Positions 1 to 8,479 of a stretch of 37,341 nt of DNA are shown piece after piece. The position numbers were made by a program, and so were the translations under genes. The notes below the pieces were generated by a model that saw only the letters and a program-made list of their open reading frames with translations, did not search any database and was not told the origin of the DNA. This DNA comes from Chitinophagaceae bacterium (GTDB taxonomy: Bacteria; Bacteroidota; Bacteroidia; Chitinophagales; Chitinophagaceae): assembly GCA_046595095.1 (NCBI GenBank), contig JBKJPO010000237.1, forward strand, positions 1-37,341. The letters run 5' to 3'. Position 1 is the stretch's first letter; every line of letters starts with the position of its first letter.

Positions 1-2
1 CT

Positions 3-452
3 ATCATCTATAATTTTAGATTTACCATCTCCGCTTATGTATACATTATAATTTTGGCCCCAATGAGTATCCCAGGCTTCTGCTATCTTTCCTGTACTAT
101 CCATTGTTCCAAGTAACATGAAATCTATATACATTCCCTTCTGCAATCGAAGATTGATATTAAAGCTATCCTTTTGGCCGATCATTTTCGTATAAGCCAT
201 TCCATCTTTTACATATGTTCCCTCCGGTTGATATTTTTTTTCGGGGATTTTCCAATTATCCATAGTCCACACTAAATAAATTTCATTTAGTTGCGATGTC
301 TTATAAACAATGTTTTGATCAACGAGTGTATCTTTTGTCGGCTGGGCGTAAATATTGAAACTAAAAAAAAGTAAGATTATTTGAAGAGCAATTTTTTTAT
401 CTATTGCAGAGGCTTTGAGAAGTAGAGTAAAAACAAAACTTAAACGCTTCAT
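3..452 (-). CDS. Partial (runs off window) secreted protein with a possible CBM21/CBM25-like starch-binding-type domain
   Basis: Not in the ORF track. ATG at 452 opens a frame to the window edge: MKRLSFVF...IILLFFSFNIYAQPTKDT...IYLVWTMDNWK...EAWDTHWGQNYNV. Signal-peptide-like YAQ; the WD..WGQNY ending resembles the WDNNxGxNY motif of CBM21/25. Confidence 0.6.
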   Translation of the reverse strand, partial: MKRLSFVFTLLLKASAIDKKIALQIILLFFSFNIYAQPTKDTLVDQNIVYKTSQLNEIYLVWTMDNWKIPEKKYQPEGTYVKDGMAYTKMIGQKDSFNINLRLQKGMYIDFMLLGTMDSTGKIAEAWDTHWGQNYNVYISGDGKSKIIDD

Positions 453-489
453 CTGTTGTAAGATTGTAGACAAAATAATTCTTCTATGA

Positions 490-1833
490 TCAAAGATTTT
501 TCAACCTGGGGTTAACAAAATTATTAAGCTTACTCCCAAACCGGAAGTACAGTCCCGCGCCACTATAAAAGTTGTAAGCTGAAGCCAGTTGCCTTCTTCG
601 GGTCAAGACATCCTGTGGTGAGGCACTTCCTTTAACCAGGTAAACCTGGTCATTGACTTTGGCCCCGGAAACATAAAAGTTAAATGATAATCCGCCGGTG
701 ACGCGAATATTAAAATCGAGGTTTGCCGATAGATTGTTTAGAGAAGTATTTTTAAAATAATTGCTGAAGGTAACCCGGCTGCTGAATGTGCCCCATTTTT
801 GTTGGAATGAAAGTTTAGCCTCGGCAACCTGGCCATAAAGTAATTCACTTGTTTTGAAATAAATGGTTGTGTCATAATATCTATTGGCCCTTACGTCTAT
901 CCCATAACTTAATGTAAAAAAACGGGTGTTTACATCCTTGTATGGGAAAATGGAATATTCAATCGCGGTAGTGCCATATATCCTTCTTTTATTATTAGAG
1001 AAAGTGCTGTTGCTATAGGAAGCCAGGTAACCAATGCCCCAGTGTTTTCCAAGGCTCACAATTAGAGAATGCTCAAACAGGTAATCGGTGTTGAGCACTT
1101 CAATTTCTATATTTCTGCCATTATCAGTATAATGGTAATTATAGTTATTATTATTTCCACTTGCCCTGAAGCCCAACTTAAGTTTGTCAGTGGTTCTGTT
1201 AGCAGATACATATCCCCTTAATTGTTTGCTTTTATAAACTTCATCTGTATTCAACGTGCCATCAGCCCCTATACCAAAAACCCAGTAATTCCATGCATCT
1301 TCAGTTTCAATGATAGGATTTATGGAATCACGATCTCCCAGGTTAATCTTTATATCAATAAATTTTGCATAGGATGTTTTGGCCAGGAAGGGAACTAAGC
1401 CAACTTTAATCACTCTTAGCATCTCGGCCCGTCGCTCAAAATCGGTAGTATTTCGCATTACATTCAAAGTAAGCGTATCGCGGATTCCTTTGAAAGCATG
1501 TCGCCCGTAGAAGATCATTTGTATAGAACCTCCACCTCCTCCTGTAGCCTGCTCATTTATTAAAACATGCGCATCTGCTGCATTCATATCTAATAGAAAA
1601 TCAACTATTCTAAAATTTGCTTTTATATAGTTCATATCACAAGCCGTATTGCAATCAATAAAGACAGCCAGTTTTTTTGCAGGGCTTGCTACTTCCTTTT
1701 GTAAAACGGTATCCACTTGTGCAAAGGATATTGAAGCTATAAAAATCAGTGAAGAAAAAGAGATGAGTTTATAATAAAAATTCTTTTTCAGTCTCACAAC
1801 CAATGATTCGAGGTTAATTTTCTTGCAGATCAC
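490..1833 (-). CDS. Putative outer-membrane beta-barrel protein, function unknown (true start may be a few codons downstream)
   Basis: 447-aa ORF. Signal-like ISFAQ, N-terminal domain with DCxxxCD, many alternating Y/F/N/S-rich amphipathic strands, C-terminal GLYFRFGSKLNNFVNPRL. Confidence 0.7.
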   Translation of the reverse strand: MICKKINLESLVVRLKKNFYYKLISFSSLIFIASISFAQVDTVLQKEVASPAKKLAVFIDCNTACDMNYIKANFRIVDFLLDMNAADAHVLINEQATGGGGGSIQMIFYGRHAFKGIRDTLTLNVMRNTTDFERRAEMLRVIKVGLVPFLAKTSYAKFIDIKINLGDRDSINPIIETEDAWNYWVFGIGADGTLNTDEVYKSKQLRGYVSANRTTDKLKLGFRASGNNNNYNYHYTDNGRNIEIEVLNTDYLFEHSLIVSLGKHWGIGYLASYSNSTFSNNKRRIYGTTAIEYSIFPYKDVNTRFFTLSYGIDVRANRYYDTTIYFKTSELLYGQVAEAKLSFQQKWGTFSSRVTFSNYFKNTSLNNLSANLDFNIRVTGGLSFNFYVSGAKVNDQVYLVKGSASPQDVLTRRRQLASAYNFYSGAGLYFRFGSKLNNFVNPRLKNL

Positions 1834-2089
1834 TATATATAAATTAATTGCTTTAAGCTTTCAATAATCTGAGGTCTGAAAATAGGAAAGTGGGGTGTCT
1901 TCCTAATCGATACCTATATTAAAAGTTTGGTAAACTGTTGCAGATAAATATAAAGAAATAAGTTAATAGATTTATATGTAAATCTATTTTAAATAAGCCC
2001 GAAGTTCAGCTAATACCTAAACCAGGTAATTAGCCAAATCACGTAAGCGCCAATCTTTGGCTACAAGATCCTATTTTTAACTCATTTAT

Positions 2090-2785
2090 ATGCAAACCAT
2101 CTCTGTAGTCATACCGGTTTTTAATGAAGAAAAAAACATCGGACGTTTAGTTTCTTTCCTCTTGGATAATGCCGGGGAATGGTTAATGGAAATCATTGTA
2201 GTGGATGCTGAAAGTACAGACGCTACTTGTGACAGGGCTCGCCAAACTGGTGCTACAGTTGTTACTTCACCCCAAAAAAGCCGTGCTTCACAAATGAATT
2301 ACGGAGCCTCCCTGGCCAAAGGCAGCATTCTTTATTTTATTCACGCCGATACAATTCCACCGGCTTCATATTGTGTGGATATTATGAATGCATGCTGTGA
2401 AGGGTATTCGATAGGACGTTACCGTACAAAGTTTGACAGCCCTAAAACTATTTTAAAACTTAACGCGTTCTTTACCCGCTTCGACTGGTTTATGTGTTAC
2501 GGTGGCGATCAAACGCTATTTGTAACTAAGAGTTTGTTTATTGAGAAAGGCGGGTTTAAGGAGGAATTGATAATGATGGAAGATTATGAATTTGTAAAGC
2601 GTGTAAGAATAAACGTTAGATATAAGATTATCCCGGGCGACGCCCTTGTATCCGCTAGGAAATATGATACTAATTCCTGGTTAAAAGTTCAGTTGGCAAA
2701 TAAAAAGATGATAAGTATGTACAAAAAAGGAGCAAGCCAGGAAGAAATGATTAATGAATATAAAGCATGTCTTCATTACCGTTAG
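2090..2785 (+). CDS. GT2 glycosyltransferase, TIGR04283-like (arsenosugar / rSAM-selenodomain-associated transferase 2)
   Basis: ISVVIPVFNEE, IVVDAESTD, RASQMNYGA, YFIHADT, YGGDQTLF, MEDYEF and VSARKY motifs; adjacent to the TIGR04282-like gene. Confidence 0.88.
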   Translation: MQTISVVIPVFNEEKNIGRLVSFLLDNAGEWLMEIIVVDAESTDATCDRARQTGATVVTSPQKSRASQMNYGASLAKGSILYFIHADTIPPASYCVDIMNACCEGYSIGRYRTKFDSPKTILKLNAFFTRFDWFMCYGGDQTLFVTKSLFIEKGGFKEELIMMEDYEFVKRVRINVRYKIIPGDALVSARKYDTNSWLKVQLANKKMISMYKKGASQEEMINEYKACLHYR

Positions 2786-2789
2786 TTGA

Positions 2790-3392
2790 TTATAATGAAG
2801 GGAGTAACCCAGGATATTTTTTACAATCATCTGCTGTATCAATATCACTTAATTCCTGCAGAATAGTATAAGAAAGATTAGATTTGGCGAGGTCCCTGGT
2901 TGTATCATCAAATACATTTATCCCGCTCCATATTTTATTTTTAAATAGCTGGGGAATAACTTCGTTTATTCCTAACAGGGAGTATCCGCCATCTGGTACC
3001 GGTCCAATTACTGCATCCCTTTTCTCTAACTCCATGAATGCCTCTTCTAATATTTCACTTGATATTTCCAGGCAATCGCTGCCGATTATAATCGCATGTT
3101 GGTATCCTTCGTCAAAAACCATTGCGAATGCATTATGCATTCTCTCACCAAGATCCAATCCCGATTGAAGTTTTTTCTTAAAAATGAATTTCTCCCATAT
3201 GTCATTTTCATTTACATAGTCTCCATAAAAAACAAACCGGTCTGCAGCCACACCTTTAGTTATTGCGTGCGTATAAGTCAGTAGCTTTTTATAAACTTCA
3301 AGGGCTACTAAGTCGCCCAAATCTTTTGCAACACGGGTTTTCACATTACCTTGTACGGGATTCTTTATAAATATTATAAGTGCTTTTTTCAA
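2790..3392 (-). CDS. TIGR04282/DUF2064-like transferase (CofC/MobA-like nucleotidyltransferase fold)
   Basis: IIFIKNPVQGNVKTR, DLGERMHNAF, IIGSDC, VIGPVPDGGY and LSDIDT motifs; TTG start. Confidence 0.88.
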   Translation of the reverse strand: MKKALIIFIKNPVQGNVKTRVAKDLGDLVALEVYKKLLTYTHAITKGVAADRFVFYGDYVNENDIWEKFIFKKKLQSGLDLGERMHNAFAMVFDEGYQHAIIIGSDCLEISSEILEEAFMELEKRDAVIGPVPDGGYSLLGINEVIPQLFKNKIWSGINVFDDTTRDLAKSNLSYTILQELSDIDTADDCKKYPGLLPSL

Positions 3393-3434
3393 AATGGCTC
3401 AATCGGTTTTTTACTGCTTGTACTTTACTGATTT

Positions 3435-4223
3435 TTATTCTTCTGCATAATTTGCAAGAAAAAGATTCCAATCATATTTTTTAAAATGGATTTTTGGGTC
3501 TGAATTTTCCGGAATTATTTCAAGTGCTTTTAGCAAAGTCTTCATTTTTTTCTTTCCACCGAAATCATGCCTGAACCATCCCATCAACGCTGGTAAGCCC
3601 ACCGAATTATTATCCCCCGAATATATTGCATCTCCTTTTAAATATGTTTTAGTTGCCAGGCTTAATTGTTTATCGATTTGATCTGGCTTATAAAAAGCAA
3701 TCGGGGGACAGCTTTTAGCACCACAGTTCAATGCAAAATGAATCCTGTAATCAACTTTATTAACCCGGTTTTTTCTTTCGAATGAACCAGGAAAAAATTT
3801 GTTCAGATAGCCTAAGCTCCATTTTATTTTCGACCTGCGTAAGATGCCGTGTTCAATATCGTCCAGGCTCAACATTCTCCCTGCTATATTGATTTGCTTA
3901 TCTCTAAAGAACTCTCCACGATTTTCATACTTGCCGGGGTTAGCATTCAATATTACCTGTGTATATGCATTGTACAAATTTATCCAAAAAGCTTTTTTAT
4001 TATCATCCCCGGATAATTCCTGTTGAATTCGCCCAGGATCAATTTCCGCTAACGTTTGCAAAAAGCTATCAGCTGGCTCTTTTGTTTTAACTGCAAGTAG
4101 TATTTGTTGTGAAAGGTCGATCAGTGTCAATTGCGGCTGATTTTGTTTTTCTTTGCCTGCTGTCTGTGAAAAAGAAGTTTGCAACATTGAAGTAAGAAGT
4201 ATTGAGAACAATATTATTTTCAT
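3435..4223 (-). CDS. DUF547 domain secreted protein
   Basis: KAFWINLYNA, LSLDDIEHGILR and DYRIHFALNCGAKSCP motifs. Start moved to ATG 4223 (MKIILF..., signal peptide). Confidence 0.9.
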   Translation of the reverse strand: MKIILFSILLTSMLQTSFSQTAGKEKQNQPQLTLIDLSQQILLAVKTKEPADSFLQTLAEIDPGRIQQELSGDDNKKAFWINLYNAYTQVILNANPGKYENRGEFFRDKQINIAGRMLSLDDIEHGILRRSKIKWSLGYLNKFFPGSFERKNRVNKVDYRIHFALNCGAKSCPPIAFYKPDQIDKQLSLATKTYLKGDAIYSGDNNSVGLPALMGWFRHDFGGKKKMKTLLKALEIIPENSDPKIHFKKYDWNLFLANYAEE

Positions 4224-4286
4224 TTGGAAAAATACGCTCATTGAAGCATATTGGTTTTACCATAAGTCAATTACTAAACTTAAAAT

Positions 4287-5126
4287 ATGGATAATATTAT
4301 TGAAAAGACAGCAGAAACGGTTGGTTTTCTTCGGGCAAAACAAATGACTGATATTGATTATGCGTTTATTCTCGGGACAGGACTTAATGGTTTTATTGAG
4401 AAAATTAAAATTGAAACGAGGATACCATACGCATTGGTTCCAAATTTTCCAATTGCAACAGTGGAGTTTCATAAAGGGGAATTGATTTGTGGGAGTATTG
4501 GAGGTCGCCGTGTAATTGTAATGCAGGGCCGCTTTCATTATTATGAAGGATACAGTATGCAGGAAATAACCTTTCCGGTAAGGGTTATGAAAGCCCTGGG
4601 TGTGCGACAATTATTGCTTAGTAATGCTGCCGGGGGTATAAATAAGCAATTCAAAAAAGGCGACCTGGTATTACTCGATGATCATATAAATTTGTTACCG
4701 GAAAATCCTTTACGTGGGTTAAACGCGCCAGAGCTTGGGAATCGTTTCGTGGATATGAGCTGCCCTTATGATCAAGAAATGGCTGTGCAATTGAAAGCTA
4801 TCGCGGCTAAAATGCAGGTGAATCTCAGAACTGGAGTTTACGCTTCAGTTGTTGGACCTAATCTTGAAACCCGCGCTGAATATAGATATCTTGACAGGAT
4901 TGGTGCCGACCTTGTGGGCATGAGTACAGTTCCTGAAGTAATTGTAGCCAATCATATTGGTTTACCGTGCGCGGCGATTAGTGTTGTTACTGATGAATGT
5001 GACCCCGATAATTTAAAACCAGTAAATATTGCCGAGATCATAAAAGTTGCCGGAGAAGCGGATAAGGTGTTGTCTGAACTATTCGCTAAATATGTTGAAA
5101 ACTTTCATCTAATGAACTTTGAATAG
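4287..5126 (+). CDS. Purine nucleoside phosphorylase (trimeric PNP/MTAP family)
   Basis: ILGTGL, MQGRFHYYEGY, SNAAGG, GPNLETRAEY, VGMSTVPEV and ISVVTDEC motifs. Confidence 0.93.
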   Translation: MDNIIEKTAETVGFLRAKQMTDIDYAFILGTGLNGFIEKIKIETRIPYALVPNFPIATVEFHKGELICGSIGGRRVIVMQGRFHYYEGYSMQEITFPVRVMKALGVRQLLLSNAAGGINKQFKKGDLVLLDDHINLLPENPLRGLNAPELGNRFVDMSCPYDQEMAVQLKAIAAKMQVNLRTGVYASVVGPNLETRAEYRYLDRIGADLVGMSTVPEVIVANHIGLPCAAISVVTDECDPDNLKPVNIAEIIKVAGEADKVLSELFAKYVENFHLMNFE

Positions 5127-5215
5127 TAAAGGTAAAACCAAAACTAACGTAAATGCATAAGCGCATTTTTAAATCATAATTTGCTTGCTTGTAAACTAAC
5201 GCACTTGAGTAGACG

Positions 5216-7078
5216 CTATCTCCCCATGTAGACCATCAATATCTGGACATCACTTGGATTGACGCCGCTGATACGGCTGGCTTGTCCAAGGGTTTTCGGT
5301 TTGATCTTGATAAATTTTTGACGCGCTTCGTTTGAAAGTGAATTTATCTTGCCATAATCAAAGCTGTCGGGTATCACCAGGTCTTCCATTAAACCCATCC
5401 GGGCCACGAGCTCTTTCTCTTTATCGATATACGTCTGGTATTTTACCTGGATCTCTGCTTGTTCCAATACCTCGGGATCATAATTTCCTAACACCACTTT
5501 TAATGCCGGCACAGCATTAATTAAACCGGCTATTGAAATGGAGGGCCGTAGGATAATCTGTGCGGCTTTCTGCTTACCGCTAATGGCGCTCGAACCCAGC
5601 CTTTCAAGAAAATCGTTGAGGTCAATAGGCTCAAAACTCGTTTTATCAAGGATTGATTTTACTTCGTCAATTGCAATAGATTTCAACTTCACTTTTTCCA
5701 TTCTTTCTTGTGAAGCCAACCCAAGCCTGTAGCTTCTTTCGGTTAAACGCAGGTCAGCATTATCCTGTCTAAGTAAGGTGCGGAATTCAGCTCTGCTGGT
5801 AAACATTCGATAGGGCTCATCGGTACCCTTATTTATCAGGTCATCAATGAGCACTCCTATATATGCCTCACTTCTTTTCAAAACAAAATGTTCACCTCCA
5901 ATTACTTTTTGATGAGCATTTATCCCAGCCATTAGCCCCTGGCAAGCGGCTTCCTCGTATCCTGTAGTTCCATTAATCTGTCCTGCAAAAAAAAGATTTT
6001 CGACAAGTTTCGTCTCAAGAGTAAAATTCAATTGCGTGGGTGGGAAATAATCATACTCTATAGCATACCCTGGCCTGAACATTTTTGCATTTTCAAACCC
6101 AGGAACATGTTGTAATGCCCTTAATTGAATCTCTTCAGGCAATGAAGAAGAAAATCCATTTACATAAATCTCAATGGTATTCCAACCTTCAGGTTCAACA
6201 AATAGTTGGTGGCGGTCTCTTTCGGCAAAGCGATTTATTTTATCTTCGATACTTGGGCAATACCGTGGCCCGGTGCCTTGTATCCTTCCCTGGAACATTG
6301 GGCTCTTTTCGAATCCTTCTTTCAAAATTTCATGAACTTCCTTATTGGTGTAGGTAATCCAGCAGCTGCGCTGCTTTTCTGGTCTTTTGGTTTCCATGAA
6401 AGAGAAGCCAACTATCTCCTCATCTCCTTTTTGCTCTTCCATTCTAGTATAATCCAGGCTGCGCCCATCAATTCTTGGTGGGGTACCCGTTTTAAGCCTA
6501 TTGGTTTCAAATCCCCAGTCCACCAGGTTTTCAGTAATACCTGTCACGGCTTTCTCTGCCATTCTTCCTCCTCCCAATTTGATCTCCCCAATATGAATTA
6601 CTCCATTCAAAAAAGTCCCGTTTGTTAAAACAACGGCTTTTGCCTTAATCACATGACCAAGAGAGGTTTGAACTCCTGAGATCCTGTTTCCAATTTTAAC
6701 TAATCCTACCACATTATCCTGGTAAAAATCCAGGTTTGGGGTTTGCTCGAGCATTTCCCGCCATTTGATAGTAAAAAGAACCCTATCGCTTTGTGCCCTG
6801 GGACTCCACATTGCGGGGCCTTTACTCCGGTTCAGCATGCGAAATTGAATCATTGTTTCATCTGTAACAATTCCGCTGTAGCCTCCTAAAGCATCTATTT
6901 CCCTAATAATTTGTCCCTTAGCTATTCCCCCCATCGCTGGATTACAGCTCATTTGGGCTATCGTTTGCAAATTCATAGTTATGAGGAGTACACTGCTGCC
7001 CATATTTGCCGCACCGGCTGCAGCTTCACAACCCGCATGTCCAGCTCCTACAACTATAATATCGTATTCTTTAAACAC
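5216..7078 (-). CDS. mnmG: tRNA uridine-5-carboxymethylaminomethyl(34) synthesis enzyme MnmG (GidA)
   Basis: VVGAGHAGCEAA, MSCNPAMGG, RLKTGTPPR, GPRYCPSIEDK, AGQINGTTGYEEA and EPYRMFTSRAE motifs. GTG start at 7078 chosen, downstream of a TACCTTTA -7-like element. Confidence 0.98.
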   Translation of the reverse strand: MFKEYDIIVVGAGHAGCEAAAGAANMGSSVLLITMNLQTIAQMSCNPAMGGIAKGQIIREIDALGGYSGIVTDETMIQFRMLNRSKGPAMWSPRAQSDRVLFTIKWREMLEQTPNLDFYQDNVVGLVKIGNRISGVQTSLGHVIKAKAVVLTNGTFLNGVIHIGEIKLGGGRMAEKAVTGITENLVDWGFETNRLKTGTPPRIDGRSLDYTRMEEQKGDEEIVGFSFMETKRPEKQRSCWITYTNKEVHEILKEGFEKSPMFQGRIQGTGPRYCPSIEDKINRFAERDRHQLFVEPEGWNTIEIYVNGFSSSLPEEIQLRALQHVPGFENAKMFRPGYAIEYDYFPPTQLNFTLETKLVENLFFAGQINGTTGYEEAACQGLMAGINAHQKVIGGEHFVLKRSEAYIGVLIDDLINKGTDEPYRMFTSRAEFRTLLRQDNADLRLTERSYRLGLASQERMEKVKLKSIAIDEVKSILDKTSFEPIDLNDFLERLGSSAISGKQKAAQIILRPSISIAGLINAVPALKVVLGNYDPEVLEQAEIQVKYQTYIDKEKELVARMGLMEDLVIPDSFDYGKINSLSNEARQKFIKIKPKTLGQASRISGVNPSDVQILMVYMGR

Positions 7079-7131
7079 AATTTCGATTTGAGGTAAAGGT
7101 ACTATTTTGATAAACAAGCACTTAAATAGCT

Positions 7132-7147
7132 TGTTTCACGTGGAACA
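7132..7147. other. parS centromere-like site
   Basis: TGTTTCACGTGGAACA, one mismatch to the canonical palindrome TGTTTCACGTGAAACA. Confidence 0.88.
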
Positions 7148-7150
7148 CCT

Positions 7151-7603
7151 TCATTGTGTTTCACGTGAAACGAAATATCTTGAAAGGTTGTAGTCCTCTT
7201 TTAGCCTGATTAGATTAACCTGGCGACTCGTTTTATCCCGGTATCCAAGAAGGTGAAGTACTCCATGAAAAATAACCCGGTGCAATTCTTTCTCAAAACT
7301 AACTGCATTAATTCCAGCATTTTCTTTTACGCGTTCAACACTGATATAAATATCTCCAGAAACCAAATTTTTTGTGGAACTAAGGTCAAAAGTGAGGATA
7401 TCCGTATGGTAATCATGATTGAGGTAAGCCCTGTTCATCTTTAGCAAAGCGTGATCAGACAGGAAAGTAATAGAAATGTAGTCGGCCATTTTATTTTCTG
7501 CCTTAAACATTGCAAAAATGAAATCTTTTAGAGCCCGGCGCTTATTCAACCTTACACCTGGATAACTCAAATTAAATTCAATAATTCCAAATCCTTTTGG
7601 CAT
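7151..7603 (-). CDS. ybeY: rRNA maturation endoribonuclease YbeY
   Basis: LNHDYHTDILTF, GDIYISVE and HRVIFHGVLHLLGY motifs. Start at ATG 7603; the longer ORF is antisense to feoA. Confidence 0.93.
   Translation of the reverse strand: MPKGFGIIEFNLSYPGVRLNKRRALKDFIFAMFKAENKMADYISITFLSDHALLKMNRAYLNHDYHTDILTFDLSSTKNLVSGDIYISVERVKENAGINAVSFEKELHRVIFHGVLHLLGYRDKTSRQVNLIRLKEDYNLSRYFVSRETQ
7157..7172. other. parS centromere-like site within the ybeY 3' end
   Basis: TGTTTCACGTGAAACG, one mismatch to the consensus; reads as V-S-R-E-T in YbeY. Confidence 0.88.
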
Positions 7604-7631
7604 AAGACCGAAAATACATAATCCGTTATAA

Positions 7632-7639
7632 TACATTTG
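7632..7639 (+). promoter_or_regulatory. Bacteroidota -7 promoter element for feoA-nadD
   Basis: TACATTTG matches TAnnTTTG, 14 nt before the ATG. Confidence 0.65.
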
Positions 7640-7652
7640 CTGAATAGAGAAA

Positions 7653-7895
7653 ATGAATGTCATGTTGAAGAAGCTTTCTGAATTAAAGACTGGGAAGAGT
7701 GCGGTGATTAAAGAATTTGATGACGACGAAATATTTATTAAGTTAATGGAAATGGGATGCGTCCCTGGGGAATCCATAACCGTAGAACATCGGGCGCCGC
7801 TTGGAGATCCTATTTCAGTTTTTGTCTCAGGTTACAACCTGAGCCTTCGGCTAAATGAAGCTGAGAAAATTTGGGTTGAAGAAATAACTAGTTGA
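7653..7895 (+). CDS. feoA: FeoA family ferrous iron transport protein A
   Basis: LSELKTG, KLMEMGCVPG, APLGDPI and LSLRLNEA motifs (SH3-like FeoA). Confidence 0.92.
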   Translation: MNVMLKKLSELKTGKSAVIKEFDDDEIFIKLMEMGCVPGESITVEHRAPLGDPISVFVSGYNLSLRLNEAEKIWVEEITS

Positions 7896-7909
7896 TAATC
7901 AATATTTTA

Positions 7910-8479
7910 ATGACGGTTGGACTATATTTTGGCTCCTTTAACCCGGTACATATCGGCCATCTTGCTATAGCAAGTCACATCGTTAATTATACAGCGATGA
8001 ACCAGGTCTGGTTTGTGGTTTCACCACAAAACCCTTTGAAAACATCCAAATCACTGTTGAATGAATACCATCGGCTAAATCTTATCCAGTTGGCAATCGA
8101 AGGGGAATCCAAACTTCGGGCAAGTAACATCGAATTTAGTTTGCCCAGGCCCTCTTTTACAATTGATACCCTCACCTATCTCAACGAGAAATATCCGTCA
8201 TACCAGTTTTCGATAATTATGGGGAGCGATAGTTTGCAAAATATCGGAAAATGGAAAAATTTTGAATTAATTCTCTCTAACTATCCGATTCTTGTTTATA
8301 AACGTCCGGGGTTTAATATTGAAGAAGTGCAGCACGCAAATATAACGGTGCTCGAAGCTCCTCTTTTTGATATTTCGTCTACGCGTGTACGTGATATGAT
8401 AATGCAAGGCAATTCTATCCGTTACCTGGTGCCGGATGTTGTGAAAGATGAAATTGAAAGAAACCATTATTATAAATGA
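7910..8479 (+). CDS. nadD: Nicotinate-nucleotide adenylyltransferase
   Basis: [27 protein letters not shown] and ISST motifs. Confidence 0.96.
   Translation: MTVGLYFGSFNPVHIGHLAIASHIVNYTAMNQVWFVVSPQNPLKTSKSLLNEYHRLNLIQLAIEGESKLRASNIEFSLPRPSFTIDTLTYLNEKYPSYQFSIIMGSDSLQNIGKWKNFELILSNYPILVYKRPGFNIEEVQHANITVLEAPLFDISSTRVRDMIMQGNSIRYLVPDVVKDEIERNHYYK

Noticed and set aside
7604-7777. N-terminal extension of ybeY
   Set aside because: Antisense to feoA and spans the divergent promoters.
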